DNA of 64,000 bases from Promethearchaeota archaeon (lineage in GTDB: Archaea > Asgardarchaeota > Lokiarchaeia > Sigyniarchaeales > SOKP01), in contig JBHLLU010000001.1 in the NCBI GenBank assembly GCA_048938895.1, forward strand, positions 32,001 through 96,000, in the 5' to 3' direction. The position numbers and the translations under genes were made by a program. Within the stretch, counting starts at the first letter, position 1. Each line of letters starts with the position of its first letter. Under the pieces are notes generated by a model. The model was not told the origin of the DNA and did not search any database. It saw nothing but the letters and a program-made list of their open reading frames with translations. Shown in pieces: positions 50,316-60,204 of the stretch.

Positions 50316-52244
50316 ATGATTGGTACATTTCAAGGAATTCCCATTGAAGGTTTATCTTATCAAACTCCTACACTTTCAGGAATTATGGATATAAAAGGTC
50401 AATTTCGTTATAATGCAGGAGAATCTGTGGTATTCTCAATTGGTAAATTGATTCTTGGAGAAATTATTGGCAAAGAGACGATATCTCTAATCGATATTGT
50501 CCCAGGAGCAGAGAATTCCAGTGATCAACGTGTTATAAATTTATGTGTCTTATTACAGACGCTAAATGAGGAAGGCAATATAAACAAGGGAATTCGAATA
50601 TCAGAAAATGTAGTTACTATTGTTTCAGAATTTAGTGGACAACTGAATTTTAATCAACCTCCTAAAGCATTTCGATCCGATCCTAAATTGAGAGCTTTAG
50701 TAGAAAAATTGAATTCTAAGAAATTATTTCCAGATACTGGCAATTTTGGTATGCGAACCATACGATACCCTTCAGCAGCTCAAGCTAGTTTTGAAGCAAG
50801 TTTAGATCCGAAGCATTTGGAATCAGACTGCCACAAAATCGTAGAAATATCATCAGGTAAAATTAATGGTTATGCTACTAGCAACAATACATTTACATGG
50901 TTAGGTATTCCTTATGCTAAAGCCCCAGTAGGAGATCTGCGTTGGAAACCACCGCAAAAAATTACTTCGTGGGAAGGAGTACTCGATTGCACCCAGTGGG
51001 GAGATCAATGCGGTCAAGGAGATTTGGGACCGGCTAGTTTTGGCAATTTGAGTGAAGATTGTCTGAACCTGAACGTTGTAGCACCCAAAAGTATTGGCAA
51101 CAAGAAATTACCTGTAATGGTCTGGTTTCATGGGGGAGGATTTCATGCCATGTCAGCCAACAATTTTACGTATAATTACACAGCTCTTCCTGCCAAAGGT
51201 GTAATCCTTGTCAGCGTAAATCATCGGCTTGGTCCATTAGGATATATGGCTCATCCAGCATTAACTGCGGAATCAGAGAATGGAGTTTCTGGGAACTATG
51301 GTCAATTGGATTTGATTGCAGCATTGAAATGGGTTAAAGAAAACATTTCCATATTTGGAGGTGATGCTGATTGCGTAACAATTTTTGGTGAATCCGGCGG
51401 TGGTGGTAAAACCTTTTATTTGATCGTTTCTCCCCTTGCCAAAGGACTATTTCATCGAGCAATTATTCAAAGTGGGGTAGGTCTAATAGGTGAACGACAT
51501 ATTCCACGTCTAAACGAGGCTGAAGCCCGAGGAGTGACTCTCGTGGAAAAAATGGGTATTAAGGGCGATAAGGATGTACTTAAAAAAATGAGGGAAAAAC
51601 CCTGGCAGGATATAATAAAAGCTAGTCAAGAGATAAATTTTAACGATATACGTCTAGTTACAATCGATAATTGGTATCTTTTGGATGACCCAGCTTCTGT
51701 GTTTGAACAAAAACGGCATAACGATATACCTATTATTATCGGTGCATGTCGCACAGACATGGCTTATGGAATGATAAAAGGGATTACGGATTGGGCCAGT
51801 TTGATAAGTAAAAACAGTCAATCAAACATATATACTTTTCTTTTTGGACATGTTCCTACAAGATGGCGAAAGGAAGGTGTTGTGGCATTTCATGGAATAG
51901 AAGTTCCATATGTTTTTGGTTGTCATCGAGTAGGCCTAAAAACCCCTACTATGCTGAATCTCTCTAGAACTGGAGGTGCTAAACAACCAGATCCAGGCAT
52001 TGATGAAATGGATGATTATATAGCTAATAAGATGACAGACATGTGGACCCAATTTGCTAAAACAGGTGATCCCAATACAAAAGGAAAAATTACTGATAAG
52101 ACCACATGGAACCCTTACAACAGTGCGAAAGACAATTTTCTTCTTATAAGTGACGATGAGGTCCCTCTGTCGATGGAAACAGGTGTTGCTGAGCACTATG
52201 AACCACCACCGAAAGACACACCCCCATTAATACCGGTTAGATAA
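50316..52244 (+). CDS. Type-B carboxylesterase with an extra N-terminal domain
   Basis: LGIPYAKAPVGDLRW, SEDCLNLNV, WFHGGG, GNYGQLD, FGESGGG (Ser), FHGIE (His). Confidence 0.88.
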   Translation: MIGTFQGIPIEGLSYQTPTLSGIMDIKGQFRYNAGESVVFSIGKLILGEIIGKETISLIDIVPGAENSSDQRVINLCVLLQTLNEEGNINKGIRISENVVTIVSEFSGQLNFNQPPKAFRSDPKLRALVEKLNSKKLFPDTGNFGMRTIRYPSAAQASFEASLDPKHLESDCHKIVEISSGKINGYATSNNTFTWLGIPYAKAPVGDLRWKPPQKITSWEGVLDCTQWGDQCGQGDLGPASFGNLSEDCLNLNVVAPKSIGNKKLPVMVWFHGGGFHAMSANNFTYNYTALPAKGVILVSVNHRLGPLGYMAHPALTAESENGVSGNYGQLDLIAALKWVKENISIFGGDADCVTIFGESGGGGKTFYLIVSPLAKGLFHRAIIQSGVGLIGERHIPRLNEAEARGVTLVEKMGIKGDKDVLKKMREKPWQDIIKASQEINFNDIRLVTIDNWYLLDDPASVFEQKRHNDIPIIIGACRTDMAYGMIKGITDWASLISKNSQSNIYTFLFGHVPTRWRKEGVVAFHGIEVPYVFGCHRVGLKTPTMLNLSRTGGAKQPDPGIDEMDDYIANKMTDMWTQFAKTGDPNTKGKITDKTTWNPYNSAKDNFLLISDDEVPLSMETGVAEHYEPPPKDTPPLIPVR

Positions 52245-52253
52245 GGAGATCGT

Positions 52254-53096
52254 ATGAAAATTAAATCCAATAGAAAACTCCTTTTACAATTTATTAATGA
52301 TTATCTCGAAGCACTCTTGGTTCATGACCACACTCGGTTAAGGTTAGTTGAAAATTATAAGGCTACTGAAAATGGTGACCCCTTGATTTTAGGTGAAGGG
52401 ATATGGCAGACGGTTCGAACTATTATTTTGAGAAAATCGTTTGTAGATGCTTCAGAAAATCAAGCAGGTTTTTGGGGTGTCTTGGAAGAAATTGGGGGCG
52501 AGAAAGCATTGTTTGTGCTTCGTTTAAAAATCATTGATAATAGGATTACAGAAATCGAAACATTGCTCTCGAGAAAAGGTTGTCATCCTTTATTCAGTCC
52601 AGATACAGCGCGAAACAATCCACTTTGGGACATATTAATCCCCGAATCGGATCGATTGACGCGCAAAGAACTTATTAGAATTGCGGACGGATATTTTGAA
52701 GGCATTGAGAAATCGGATGGATCGATTGTTATGTTGCATCCAGATTGTCAACGCAAAGAGAACGGTATTAAAACAACAAATAACTCCAATTTACTAAATT
52801 TCAGCACACAAGCCGGACTTTATCGAATGGATTATATCAAAAAAGTTCGCGAACGACGATATCCTATCGTAGATATTGATAGAGGTATAGTTTGGGGTAT
52901 AGCTGTTTTTGACATACCAGGGACAAATATAAAAAATGAACAATTACCCGATGGTTCTGTACAACAGGAATTGCGTACTAAGCCACGATCTTTATTGCTC
53001 CATGAGATGTTTAAAATCGAAGATGGCTTGATCCGGGATATCAATGCTTTTATGACCAACGCTCCTCTTAACGCCACCCATGGATGGAGTGATTGA
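52254..53096 (+). CDS. Hypothetical protein, possibly two NTF2/SnoaL-like halves
   Basis: Internal similarity (YLEAL..TENG / YFEGI..KENG; LKIIDNRITEIE / FKIEDGLIRDIN); AGGAG SD. Confidence 0.65.
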   Translation: MKIKSNRKLLLQFINDYLEALLVHDHTRLRLVENYKATENGDPLILGEGIWQTVRTIILRKSFVDASENQAGFWGVLEEIGGEKALFVLRLKIIDNRITEIETLLSRKGCHPLFSPDTARNNPLWDILIPESDRLTRKELIRIADGYFEGIEKSDGSIVMLHPDCQRKENGIKTTNNSNLLNFSTQAGLYRMDYIKKVRERRYPIVDIDRGIVWGIAVFDIPGTNIKNEQLPDGSVQQELRTKPRSLLLHEMFKIEDGLIRDINAFMTNAPLNATHGWSD

Positions 53097-53105
53097 ATTT
53101 CATTC

Positions 53106-53134
53106 TCGAGCAGTTTAAATATTTTATAAATGAT
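53106..53134 (+). repeat. Right copy of the 29-bp direct repeat
   Basis: TCGAGcaGTTTAAATATTTTATAAATGAT; continues in frame AAA GAA TTA TGA, overlapping the ATG at 53143. Confidence 0.85.
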
Positions 53135-53142
53135 AAAGAATT

Positions 53143-54390
53143 ATGATTCTTAATAGGAAAGCAACAAAAGATGAAAAATTCAAATCTACTTCTAATAGAA
53201 CGAAAGGTCTTGATAAATTGATAGATGTACAAAATGCATATAGAATCACAGATAGATTAGCCTTTCCCAGACTTATTGGTTCTAAAGGTGAAAAAAAGGC
53301 AATTGAGATAGTAGTTGATGAATTTAAGAATGCAGGGTTTATTTCTGTTAATCGTCAAAAATTTATGACTTCTTTTCATAATTTTATATACTCCCGATAT
53401 ATATTTCTAATACTTGGGACAGGATTGATTTTCTTGGGATTGTCCTATTATATTAATGTTTTTTTAACATTAAGTTTAATCTTTTTATCTCTTTTTATCT
53501 CCTTTAAAGCCCTTCAAACATCTACAAAAATGAAATTAAGTAGAAATAAGAGTAATAATTATGAAACAGAAAATATATGGGTAAATTTGGAAAATAAAAA
53601 TTCCAATAGTAGAGTTGTTTTTATGGCTCATTGGGATTCTAAATCACAAACATTTCCCTCTACTATGCGAGTTATGATATTTTTAATTTTTTCGTTTGGG
53701 GCTCTCCTATTATATTTGATCTTTTTCATTTTAAGCATAATTAAAATTTTTGTCAATTTCAATATACCTATATTAAAAAATGTTTTATTAGATGTTTGTC
53801 TAATAATTGCTCTGATTGGAGGACTCAACTATTTTAATAAAACTGGAAATTTTTCTCCGGGTGCTTTTGATAATGCTGCAGGTGTAGGGGTTATTATAGA
53901 ACTCGCAAGATATTATAAAATAAATCCTCCTCATAATCTTGATTTGACATTTTTTAGTCCTGGTTCAGAAGAGTTAAATTTAGGAGGTGCTATTCGATTT
54001 ATAGAAAAACTGAAAAACCAATTGAGTAAAGATAAAACTTTTTTTATTAATTTGGATTTAATTGGGGGTGCAGAAATAATTAGATTAACTAGTTCATATG
54101 GAATTCCACGAAAAATTTCTTCGAAGAAATTGAATGCGCTATTCAAAGAAAGCGCTAAAGAGAATCAGATAGAAATGAAAGACATTTATTCACCTACAGG
54201 TTCATGGTCTGATTTCATGCCGATTGTACAAGAAGGATTTGAAGCATGTTGGCTAGGTTCTCAACCTGGATTAAAATATGTTCATACAAAGAAAGATAAT
54301 ATGAGTTTAGTATCCAAAGAAGGTCTTAAGAATATTATTACTTTATGTATCGACATTGTTAAGAAATTAGATCTTGAGTTTTGCCAATAA
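53143..54390 (+). CDS. Membrane-embedded M28-family metallopeptidase
   Basis: AHWDS, GAFDNAAG, SEE.NL.G, INLD, SD, VHT..D; four hydrophobic segments. Confidence 0.82.
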   Translation: MILNRKATKDEKFKSTSNRTKGLDKLIDVQNAYRITDRLAFPRLIGSKGEKKAIEIVVDEFKNAGFISVNRQKFMTSFHNFIYSRYIFLILGTGLIFLGLSYYINVFLTLSLIFLSLFISFKALQTSTKMKLSRNKSNNYETENIWVNLENKNSNSRVVFMAHWDSKSQTFPSTMRVMIFLIFSFGALLLYLIFFILSIIKIFVNFNIPILKNVLLDVCLIIALIGGLNYFNKTGNFSPGAFDNAAGVGVIIELARYYKINPPHNLDLTFFSPGSEELNLGGAIRFIEKLKNQLSKDKTFFINLDLIGGAEIIRLTSSYGIPRKISSKKLNALFKESAKENQIEMKDIYSPTGSWSDFMPIVQEGFEACWLGSQPGLKYVHTKKDNMSLVSKEGLKNIITLCIDIVKKLDLEFCQ

Positions 54391-54486
54391 TTAAGCTAAA
54401 CCTATAAAATATTGTATAAAACTTAAATTAGTTTCTAAGATTTATTTTATCGATATTCATTTAAAATAAAATACTAGTTATTGAAA

Positions 54487-55473
54487 ATGTTAACTCCAGA
54501 ACAAGTTAAAAAAGTATTAAAGGATCACGTAATTAACCTACGGTTTCATGCCAGAGGAGGCCAAGGAGGCGTAACAGCATCAAATTTATGTGTAGAAGCT
54601 TTTTACGGCTATGGTGTGTGTCAACCACTTTTTGGTGCCGAAAGGATGGGGTCTCCTACGGAAAGTTATGTAAGGCTCTCTGCTAATGAAGATTTGGTAC
54701 GGTCAAATGAACAAGTTTATGGGCCACATTACGTCTCTGTATTAGATCCTTCGTTATTGGGAGAGATTGATGTTACTGCGGGAATGCCTAGAGGAGGGTG
54801 GTTAATTGTAAACACAGTTTTGAATCAACAAGAGATTCAAGACATTGTTAATCGGCACGATATCAATGTTGCTACTATTGATGCAACGAGAATAGCTCTG
54901 GAGGTTTTAGGTAGAAATATCACGAATACTATTATTTTGGGAGCATTAATCCGTGTTTCTCATATTTTTTCTGTTGAGGAGTTGTCTGATGCAATTGCAA
55001 GAAGATTTAAAGGTGAACTTGCGGGGAAAAACATCCAAGCAATTAAACAGGCAATTGAAGAAACATGCGTTTATGATCTCGGGATTGATGCTGATTATTC
55101 TGTTGATACTAAAGTCCCTTGGCAACAAGTTAAACCAGGACTCCCTGGATACAAAGACCTAGACAAATCTGGAGTCTGGTATTGTGATGAGGATGTCATT
55201 GAGGTTGGAAGCTCTCAAGTAATGACAGGAACGTGGGGAGAGTGGGAAATCATTTGGGATGAGGAAAAGTGTACAGACTGTGCTCAATGTTGGTACATAT
55301 GTCCCGATTTCGCCATAATTAGGGAAAAAGGTGAGGATGGCTTATGGCATATGGCAGGTATAGATAGCTTCCATTGTAAGTCATGCCAGAATTGTTTAAA
55401 AGTATGTCCAGTAGAGGCAATAAGTAAAGAATTAAAACAAGGCCCGGCGTCATGTGCGGTGCCTGAAGAGTAA
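54487..55473 (+). CDS. Pyruvate/2-ketoisovalerate:ferredoxin oxidoreductase gamma subunit fused to delta ferredoxin
   Basis: HARGGQGGVT, FGAERMG, NTIILGA; C-terminal CTDCAQCWYICPD and CKSCQNCLKVCP. Confidence 0.85.
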   Translation: MLTPEQVKKVLKDHVINLRFHARGGQGGVTASNLCVEAFYGYGVCQPLFGAERMGSPTESYVRLSANEDLVRSNEQVYGPHYVSVLDPSLLGEIDVTAGMPRGGWLIVNTVLNQQEIQDIVNRHDINVATIDATRIALEVLGRNITNTIILGALIRVSHIFSVEELSDAIARRFKGELAGKNIQAIKQAIEETCVYDLGIDADYSVDTKVPWQQVKPGLPGYKDLDKSGVWYCDEDVIEVGSSQVMTGTWGEWEIIWDEEKCTDCAQCWYICPDFAIIREKGEDGLWHMAGIDSFHCKSCQNCLKVCPVEAISKELKQGPASCAVPEE

Positions 55474-55486
55474 AGGAGGTAAAAAC

Positions 55487-56716
55487 ATGAGTATTGAACC
55501 AATGAGAATATTTTTTAATGAAATTAAAGAACCAATAGAAACTACCATGATTGGAAATTATGCTGTTGCGGGAGGTGTGACTCAAACCGATCCTGATGTC
55601 ATATGTGCCTTTCCGATAACGCCTCAAACTCAATCAGTTGAAGGATTATCAGATGTAGTTCATCATGGGAGACTTAAAGCAGCCTTCATAAACGTCGAAT
55701 CAGAACTTGCCGCAATAAGTTATTCAACCGCAGCATGTGCTGCGGGAGCAAGAACCTTTACAGCAACAGCATCACAAGGTTATCTGTTAATGACTGAAGC
55801 TTTACCAATGGCAGTGGGGTGGCGAGTCCCTTTAACAATGCTAATTAGCGCTCGAGCGTTTAATGCGCCAAATTTATCAATATGGAATAGTTGGGAATTT
55901 ACCCAAACTAATTCAGAATTGGGTTGGAATTGTTTTGTGTCTGAAAATGTTCAAGAAACCTATGATGCTGCTATATTATCAGTAATGATTTCAGAGGATT
56001 CACTATTCCCAACAATGTTTGTTCATGATGGTTTTATTATTTCACATTCTGTACAGAAATTAACTTTAATTCCCGATGAAATTGTTAGAAAATTAACTCC
56101 CAAGAAACCAAGACACCACATTTCTACAGAAAAACCAGGAACTTGGGGAGGAATTGTAACACCTGATTATTTTATGGAAGGAAGGAAGAGACTTGATGAG
56201 GAAAAACAACCCGTTTTAAGAATAATGAAGAATTCATTTGATGAATTTGCGAAAGCAACTGGACGTCAATATGATCTAATTGAAACATTCAACTTGGATA
56301 ATTCTTCTAAAACAGCTTTTCTCACAATGGGATCTATGTGTGGAAATATTATCAGTTGGATGACAAAAAATAAAGATATTGGACTTATTAAAATAAGAGC
56401 TTATCGTCCGTTTCCTCATGAACAACTGCGAAAAATAGTTGAAGAGCATAACATTGAGAAAATTATTATTTTAGAGAAGTCTGATGCATTAAATGGAATG
56501 TTACCTCCATTTTCAATGTCAATTGCTTCAGCATTATATCCTATTGGCACTCTATTTAGAAGCTTTGTTGTTGGTTTGGGAGGAAGAGATGTTACACGAG
56601 ACGAATTTGCTATTGCTAAAAAGAAAATGGCCACAGTAACAGATATGAAAGGGAAACTTTATATGTATCTCGGTGTGAGAGAAACAAAATCGAATATATT
56701 GGGAGTGGAGTTATAA
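55487..56716 (+). CDS. porA: Pyruvate/2-ketoisovalerate:ferredoxin oxidoreductase alpha subunit
   Basis: GNYAVA, AFPITPQ, VESE, TATASQG, GLGGRD; GGAGGT SD before ATG 55487. Confidence 0.85.
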   Translation: MSIEPMRIFFNEIKEPIETTMIGNYAVAGGVTQTDPDVICAFPITPQTQSVEGLSDVVHHGRLKAAFINVESELAAISYSTAACAAGARTFTATASQGYLLMTEALPMAVGWRVPLTMLISARAFNAPNLSIWNSWEFTQTNSELGWNCFVSENVQETYDAAILSVMISEDSLFPTMFVHDGFIISHSVQKLTLIPDEIVRKLTPKKPRHHISTEKPGTWGGIVTPDYFMEGRKRLDEEKQPVLRIMKNSFDEFAKATGRQYDLIETFNLDNSSKTAFLTMGSMCGNIISWMTKNKDIGLIKIRAYRPFPHEQLRKIVEEHNIEKIIILEKSDALNGMLPPFSMSIASALYPIGTLFRSFVVGLGGRDVTRDEFAIAKKKMATVTDMKGKLYMYLGVRETKSNILGVEL

Positions 56717-56717
56717 A

Positions 56718-57806
56718 ATGTCAGGACCAGAGAGAAATTTAATTAGAATCGAAGATCTCTTGGCGAGAGAAGGAAAGAGTAATGTGTTATTCCTTAATTA
56801 TGATAATGAAGCGTTCATGAATACAGGGATTCAAGAAAGTGGGGGAACTCCCCCATATGCATCAACAACAACAGGCCCCGCAGGAGAGAAAATACCTGGT
56901 AAAGTAGGAGTAAAGCAGGACTTAGTAACACCTTTTGGTTTTTATGGCTCAAATTCATTGTTTTTAGCAACACTCAATCCCGCATATCCCAATGATTTTA
57001 TGGGAAAAATTATTGAAGCTCTAAAAACAAACGGATCTGCATTCGTTCAAGCCTATTCTGATTGTATGAGAGGTTGGAGGCATGCTTCAGAAGATGCTGT
57101 AAAGATCTCAAAACTAGCTACAGATTGTGGTTATTGGCCTCTATATACAATACGTGTGAAGGATGGTATTCCTACATTTTCATACTATCGTGGGTTAGAT
57201 ATTGATAAAGACAAGTTTATTGAGTATCTTAGGTCTATGGGCCGATTTAGACATTTGTTTCGGCCAAAATTCATGGAGAAAGAAATTGATGATATCATTT
57301 ATTATACAGAGCATAGGAATAATAAATTGAAAGCTTTGATCAAAACTTTTGGAGCAGATAAACCTATCGACGTATATAGAGTTAATCGTAAATCTTTAGA
57401 ACCTCAGTCTCATTTGTATCCAGGACATGGTCTATGCCCCGGATGTGGCGCTGGTATGGTTCTAAATCAACTAGCAACAGCTGCTCAAGCCGTAGCAGGT
57501 AATAATATTGTGTATGTAAATAATACATCTTGTACAGAAGTATCCACCTCAAAAGACAATGTAACTTCTTGGAGAGTACCCTGGGTTCATCACCTCTTTG
57601 AATCAGGTGCCACAATAGCAGAAGCAATAAGTACTGCATATAAGATTCGAAAATCCAAAGGTCAATTTGATGGGGAGGTTCCCTATGTGATTCATATAGG
57701 GGGTGATGGCTCAACTTATGATATCGGATTTCAATTCCTGAAAGCAGCTTTAATCAGAACAAGTACTATGGTTGATATGAATATTTACTTAAAAAATCAA
57801 AAGTAA
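56718..57806 (+). CDS. porB: Pyruvate/2-ketoisovalerate:ferredoxin oxidoreductase beta subunit, circularly permuted
   Basis: YDNEAFMNTGIQ.S..TP lies at the N-terminus; PGHGLCPGCG, TSC.EV, FE and GGDG..DIG lie in the C-terminal part. Confidence 0.82.
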   Translation: MSGPERNLIRIEDLLAREGKSNVLFLNYDNEAFMNTGIQESGGTPPYASTTTGPAGEKIPGKVGVKQDLVTPFGFYGSNSLFLATLNPAYPNDFMGKIIEALKTNGSAFVQAYSDCMRGWRHASEDAVKISKLATDCGYWPLYTIRVKDGIPTFSYYRGLDIDKDKFIEYLRSMGRFRHLFRPKFMEKEIDDIIYYTEHRNNKLKALIKTFGADKPIDVYRVNRKSLEPQSHLYPGHGLCPGCGAGMVLNQLATAAQAVAGNNIVYVNNTSCTEVSTSKDNVTSWRVPWVHHLFESGATIAEAISTAYKIRKSKGQFDGEVPYVIHIGGDGSTYDIGFQFLKAALIRTSTMVDMNIYLKNQK

Positions 57807-57847
57807 TTTCTTCTAAATTATTTATTTCTTTTATTCTTATTTTCTTT

Positions 57848-58618
57848 ATGGCAATTAAAATTGAAAAGAATTATCCTGTTTTTACAGTTATAATCGATAA
57901 TCCTGAAGTAAAAAACGCTGTTGATCAACAAACTGCGAATCAATTAGCAGATGCTTTTCGAATATTTGATTCAGATGAGAAAGCCTTAGTTGCTGTTTTA
58001 TGGGGTGCTAATGAAACTTTTTGTTCAGGGGCAAATCTAAAAAGTATTGCCGAGGGAGGGGGAAATCGAAAAGAGAGAGACGGAGATGGTCCAATGGGTC
58101 CAACTAGACTACAATTGTCTAAACCTGTGATTGCTGCTGTAGCAGGATATGCAGTTGCTGGAGGTCTTGAGCTTGCCTTATGGTGTGATATGCGAGTTGT
58201 TGAAAGAAATGCTGTGTTTGGAGTTTTCTGTAGAAGATTTGGAGTACCTTTGATTGATGGTGGGACAGTTCGTCTTCCAAGACTTATTGGATTAAGTAGA
58301 GCTCTTGATATGATTCTTACTGGACGACCAATAAATGCTGAAGAAGCATATGAATGGGGACTTGCTAATAGGATTGTCGAAATTGGTCAATCTAGACATG
58401 AAGCCGAGAAACTTGCTAATGAAATAGCGAATTTTCCTCAAACCTGCATGAGAAATGATCGAATGTCAACTTATAATCAGTTAGGTTTAGACATAAAAAA
58501 AGCAATGAACCAAGAATTTGAATTTGGATTGAAGACCTTGGAAACTGGAGAACATATTCTAGGAAGTAAGACTTTTACACAAGGTAAAGGAAAACATGGA
58601 AGTTTTAATAACAATTAA
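57848..58618 (+). CDS. Enoyl-CoA hydratase/isomerase (crotonase) family
   Basis: FCSGANL, KPVIAAVAGYAVAGGLELAL, GVPLIDGG. Confidence 0.9.
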   Translation: MAIKIEKNYPVFTVIIDNPEVKNAVDQQTANQLADAFRIFDSDEKALVAVLWGANETFCSGANLKSIAEGGGNRKERDGDGPMGPTRLQLSKPVIAAVAGYAVAGGLELALWCDMRVVERNAVFGVFCRRFGVPLIDGGTVRLPRLIGLSRALDMILTGRPINAEEAYEWGLANRIVEIGQSRHEAEKLANEIANFPQTCMRNDRMSTYNQLGLDIKKAMNQEFEFGLKTLETGEHILGSKTFTQGKGKHGSFNNN

Positions 58619-58647
58619 ATAAATTAAAATAATATTGTGGTTCAATC

Positions 58648-59064
58648 ATGATATTTTTTGAAGAATTTAAGGTTAAAACACCAGAAAGAGAAATCCTTCT
58701 TGATATAACACCTGAAATTAGTAAGAGAGTAAGAAATTCAAATATAAAGGAGGGTGTTTGTAGAATTTTTATACCTCATACAACAGCAGGGGTTACAATA
58801 AATGAGAATGCTGATCCTTCCGTAAAAATGGATATTCGTTATTTCTTCGAAAAATTAATTCCGAAGGGTGGAAGATTAGGATACTCTTTTAGACATAGAG
58901 AAGGAAACTCAGATGCTCATATAAAATGCACTCTGACAGGACATACTGTTGAAATCTTGATTCATGAGAAAAAGTTAATGCTTGGAACATGGCAAGGCAT
59001 TTTTTTTGCTGAGTATGATGGCCCCAGAAATAGAAGCGTCTATGTACAAATTCAAGGGGAATAG
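58648..59064 (+). CDS. yjbQ: YjbQ/UPF0047 family protein
   Basis: PHTTAG.TINENADP, HxEGNSDAHIK, LGTWQGI...EYDGPR. Confidence 0.9.
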   Translation: MIFFEEFKVKTPEREILLDITPEISKRVRNSNIKEGVCRIFIPHTTAGVTINENADPSVKMDIRYFFEKLIPKGGRLGYSFRHREGNSDAHIKCTLTGHTVEILIHEKKLMLGTWQGIFFAEYDGPRNRSVYVQIQGE

Positions 59065-59118
59065 GAACATTCATAATCCTTAATTTTGGTTAAATATTAA
59101 AGTTCATAATAAAATTGG

Positions 59119-60195
59119 TTGGTGTTTAAATTGGAATTAGGAATTAACTCATTAGCTAGTTTAGCAAAAATCAAAAAGAACGTGACCAGAAAAAGAATAT
59201 CTAGTTATGATGTTACTGGGGCAAATATGGATAATGTACAAATTGACAGCAAGGGAAAATATGAAATTTGTAATATTGAAAACGCTGGAATAATCAAGCA
59301 TGTTTGGATGACTCTCGCATCAAAAAGCCCAAATTACTTAAGAGAAGTATTAATTAGAATGTGGTGGGATGGAGAAGCAAATCCTTCGGTTGAGTGTCCA
59401 ATTGGTGATTTTTTTGGAGTTGGACATGGAAAAACCGTAAACTTCTGGAGTTTACCATTATCAATGGGGCCTCAAGATGGAAAAGGATTTAATTGTTTCT
59501 TCCCAATGCCTTTCTCCAAGAATGCTAGAATCGAAGTTGAAAATCAAAGTGAGGAAATATTAATTTGCTATTTTTATATTGATTATGAAGAACATGATGA
59601 AATAGATTCCTCTTTTGGTAGATTTCACGCCTCTTGGAACAGATCAAACCCATGTGAAGGTCAAGATTACGAATATTTAATGAAGAGAAATTTAAAATCA
59701 GAAAGATTTACTAAAAAAAATGTAAGTCATGAAAATGATTATTTAGTCTTAGAGGCGGAGGGTGAAGGCCATTTTGTTGGTTGTCATTTGGATATCCATA
59801 ATTTGTTTGAAACTGAAAGATTTAATTGGCCAGGTGAGGGTGATGATTTTATTGAAATCGATGATGGTAAAATTATTCTCTATGGAACAGGGACAGAAGA
59901 CTATTTTTGTGGTTCTTGGTGTCCTACCCAATTTTATTGTTCTCCTTATTTTGGAGTTACTTTACCGGGTGGGAAAAACTGGAGTGGGAAAATCTCTTAT
60001 TATCGTTATCATATTGAAGATCCTGTATATTTTCATAAGAATATTAATGTGAAAATTGAACATGGGCATGCTAATCAACGTTCAGACGACTGGTCTTCAA
60101 CAGCGTATTGGTATCAAACAGAACCTCATAAAACTTTTAAATTATTACTTCCTGTAGATGAGAGATTACCTAGAGAAGAGCCTAAAGAAATATAG
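59119..60195 (+). CDS. DUF2961 / GH172-family glycoside hydrolase
   Basis: SSYD.TG.N.D, PSVECPIGDFFG, GEGDD, GTGTEDYF, YRYHIEDP, IEHGHAN, AYWYQ. Confidence 0.85.
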   Translation: MVFKLELGINSLASLAKIKKNVTRKRISSYDVTGANMDNVQIDSKGKYEICNIENAGIIKHVWMTLASKSPNYLREVLIRMWWDGEANPSVECPIGDFFGVGHGKTVNFWSLPLSMGPQDGKGFNCFFPMPFSKNARIEVENQSEEILICYFYIDYEEHDEIDSSFGRFHASWNRSNPCEGQDYEYLMKRNLKSERFTKKNVSHENDYLVLEAEGEGHFVGCHLDIHNLFETERFNWPGEGDDFIEIDDGKIILYGTGTEDYFCGSWCPTQFYCSPYFGVTLPGGKNWSGKISYYRYHIEDPVYFHKNINVKIEHGHANQRSDDWSSTAYWYQTEPHKTFKLLLPVDERLPREEPKEI

Positions 60196-60204
60196 GATAA
60201 ATAA

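Larger units (their letters stand above)
50203..53134. mobile_element. Probable ~2.9-kb inserted islet (esterase + hypothetical) bounded by direct repeats; no integrase or transposase
   Basis: The direct repeat duplicates the 3' end of the eIF2B-like gene; the cargo looks GC-richer than the flanks by eye. Confidence 0.6.

Noticed and set aside
53126-53146. KDEL-like C-terminus (NDKEL) of the inferred ancestral eIF2B-like protein
   Set aside because: Cytosolic archaeal protein; a short match expected by chance.
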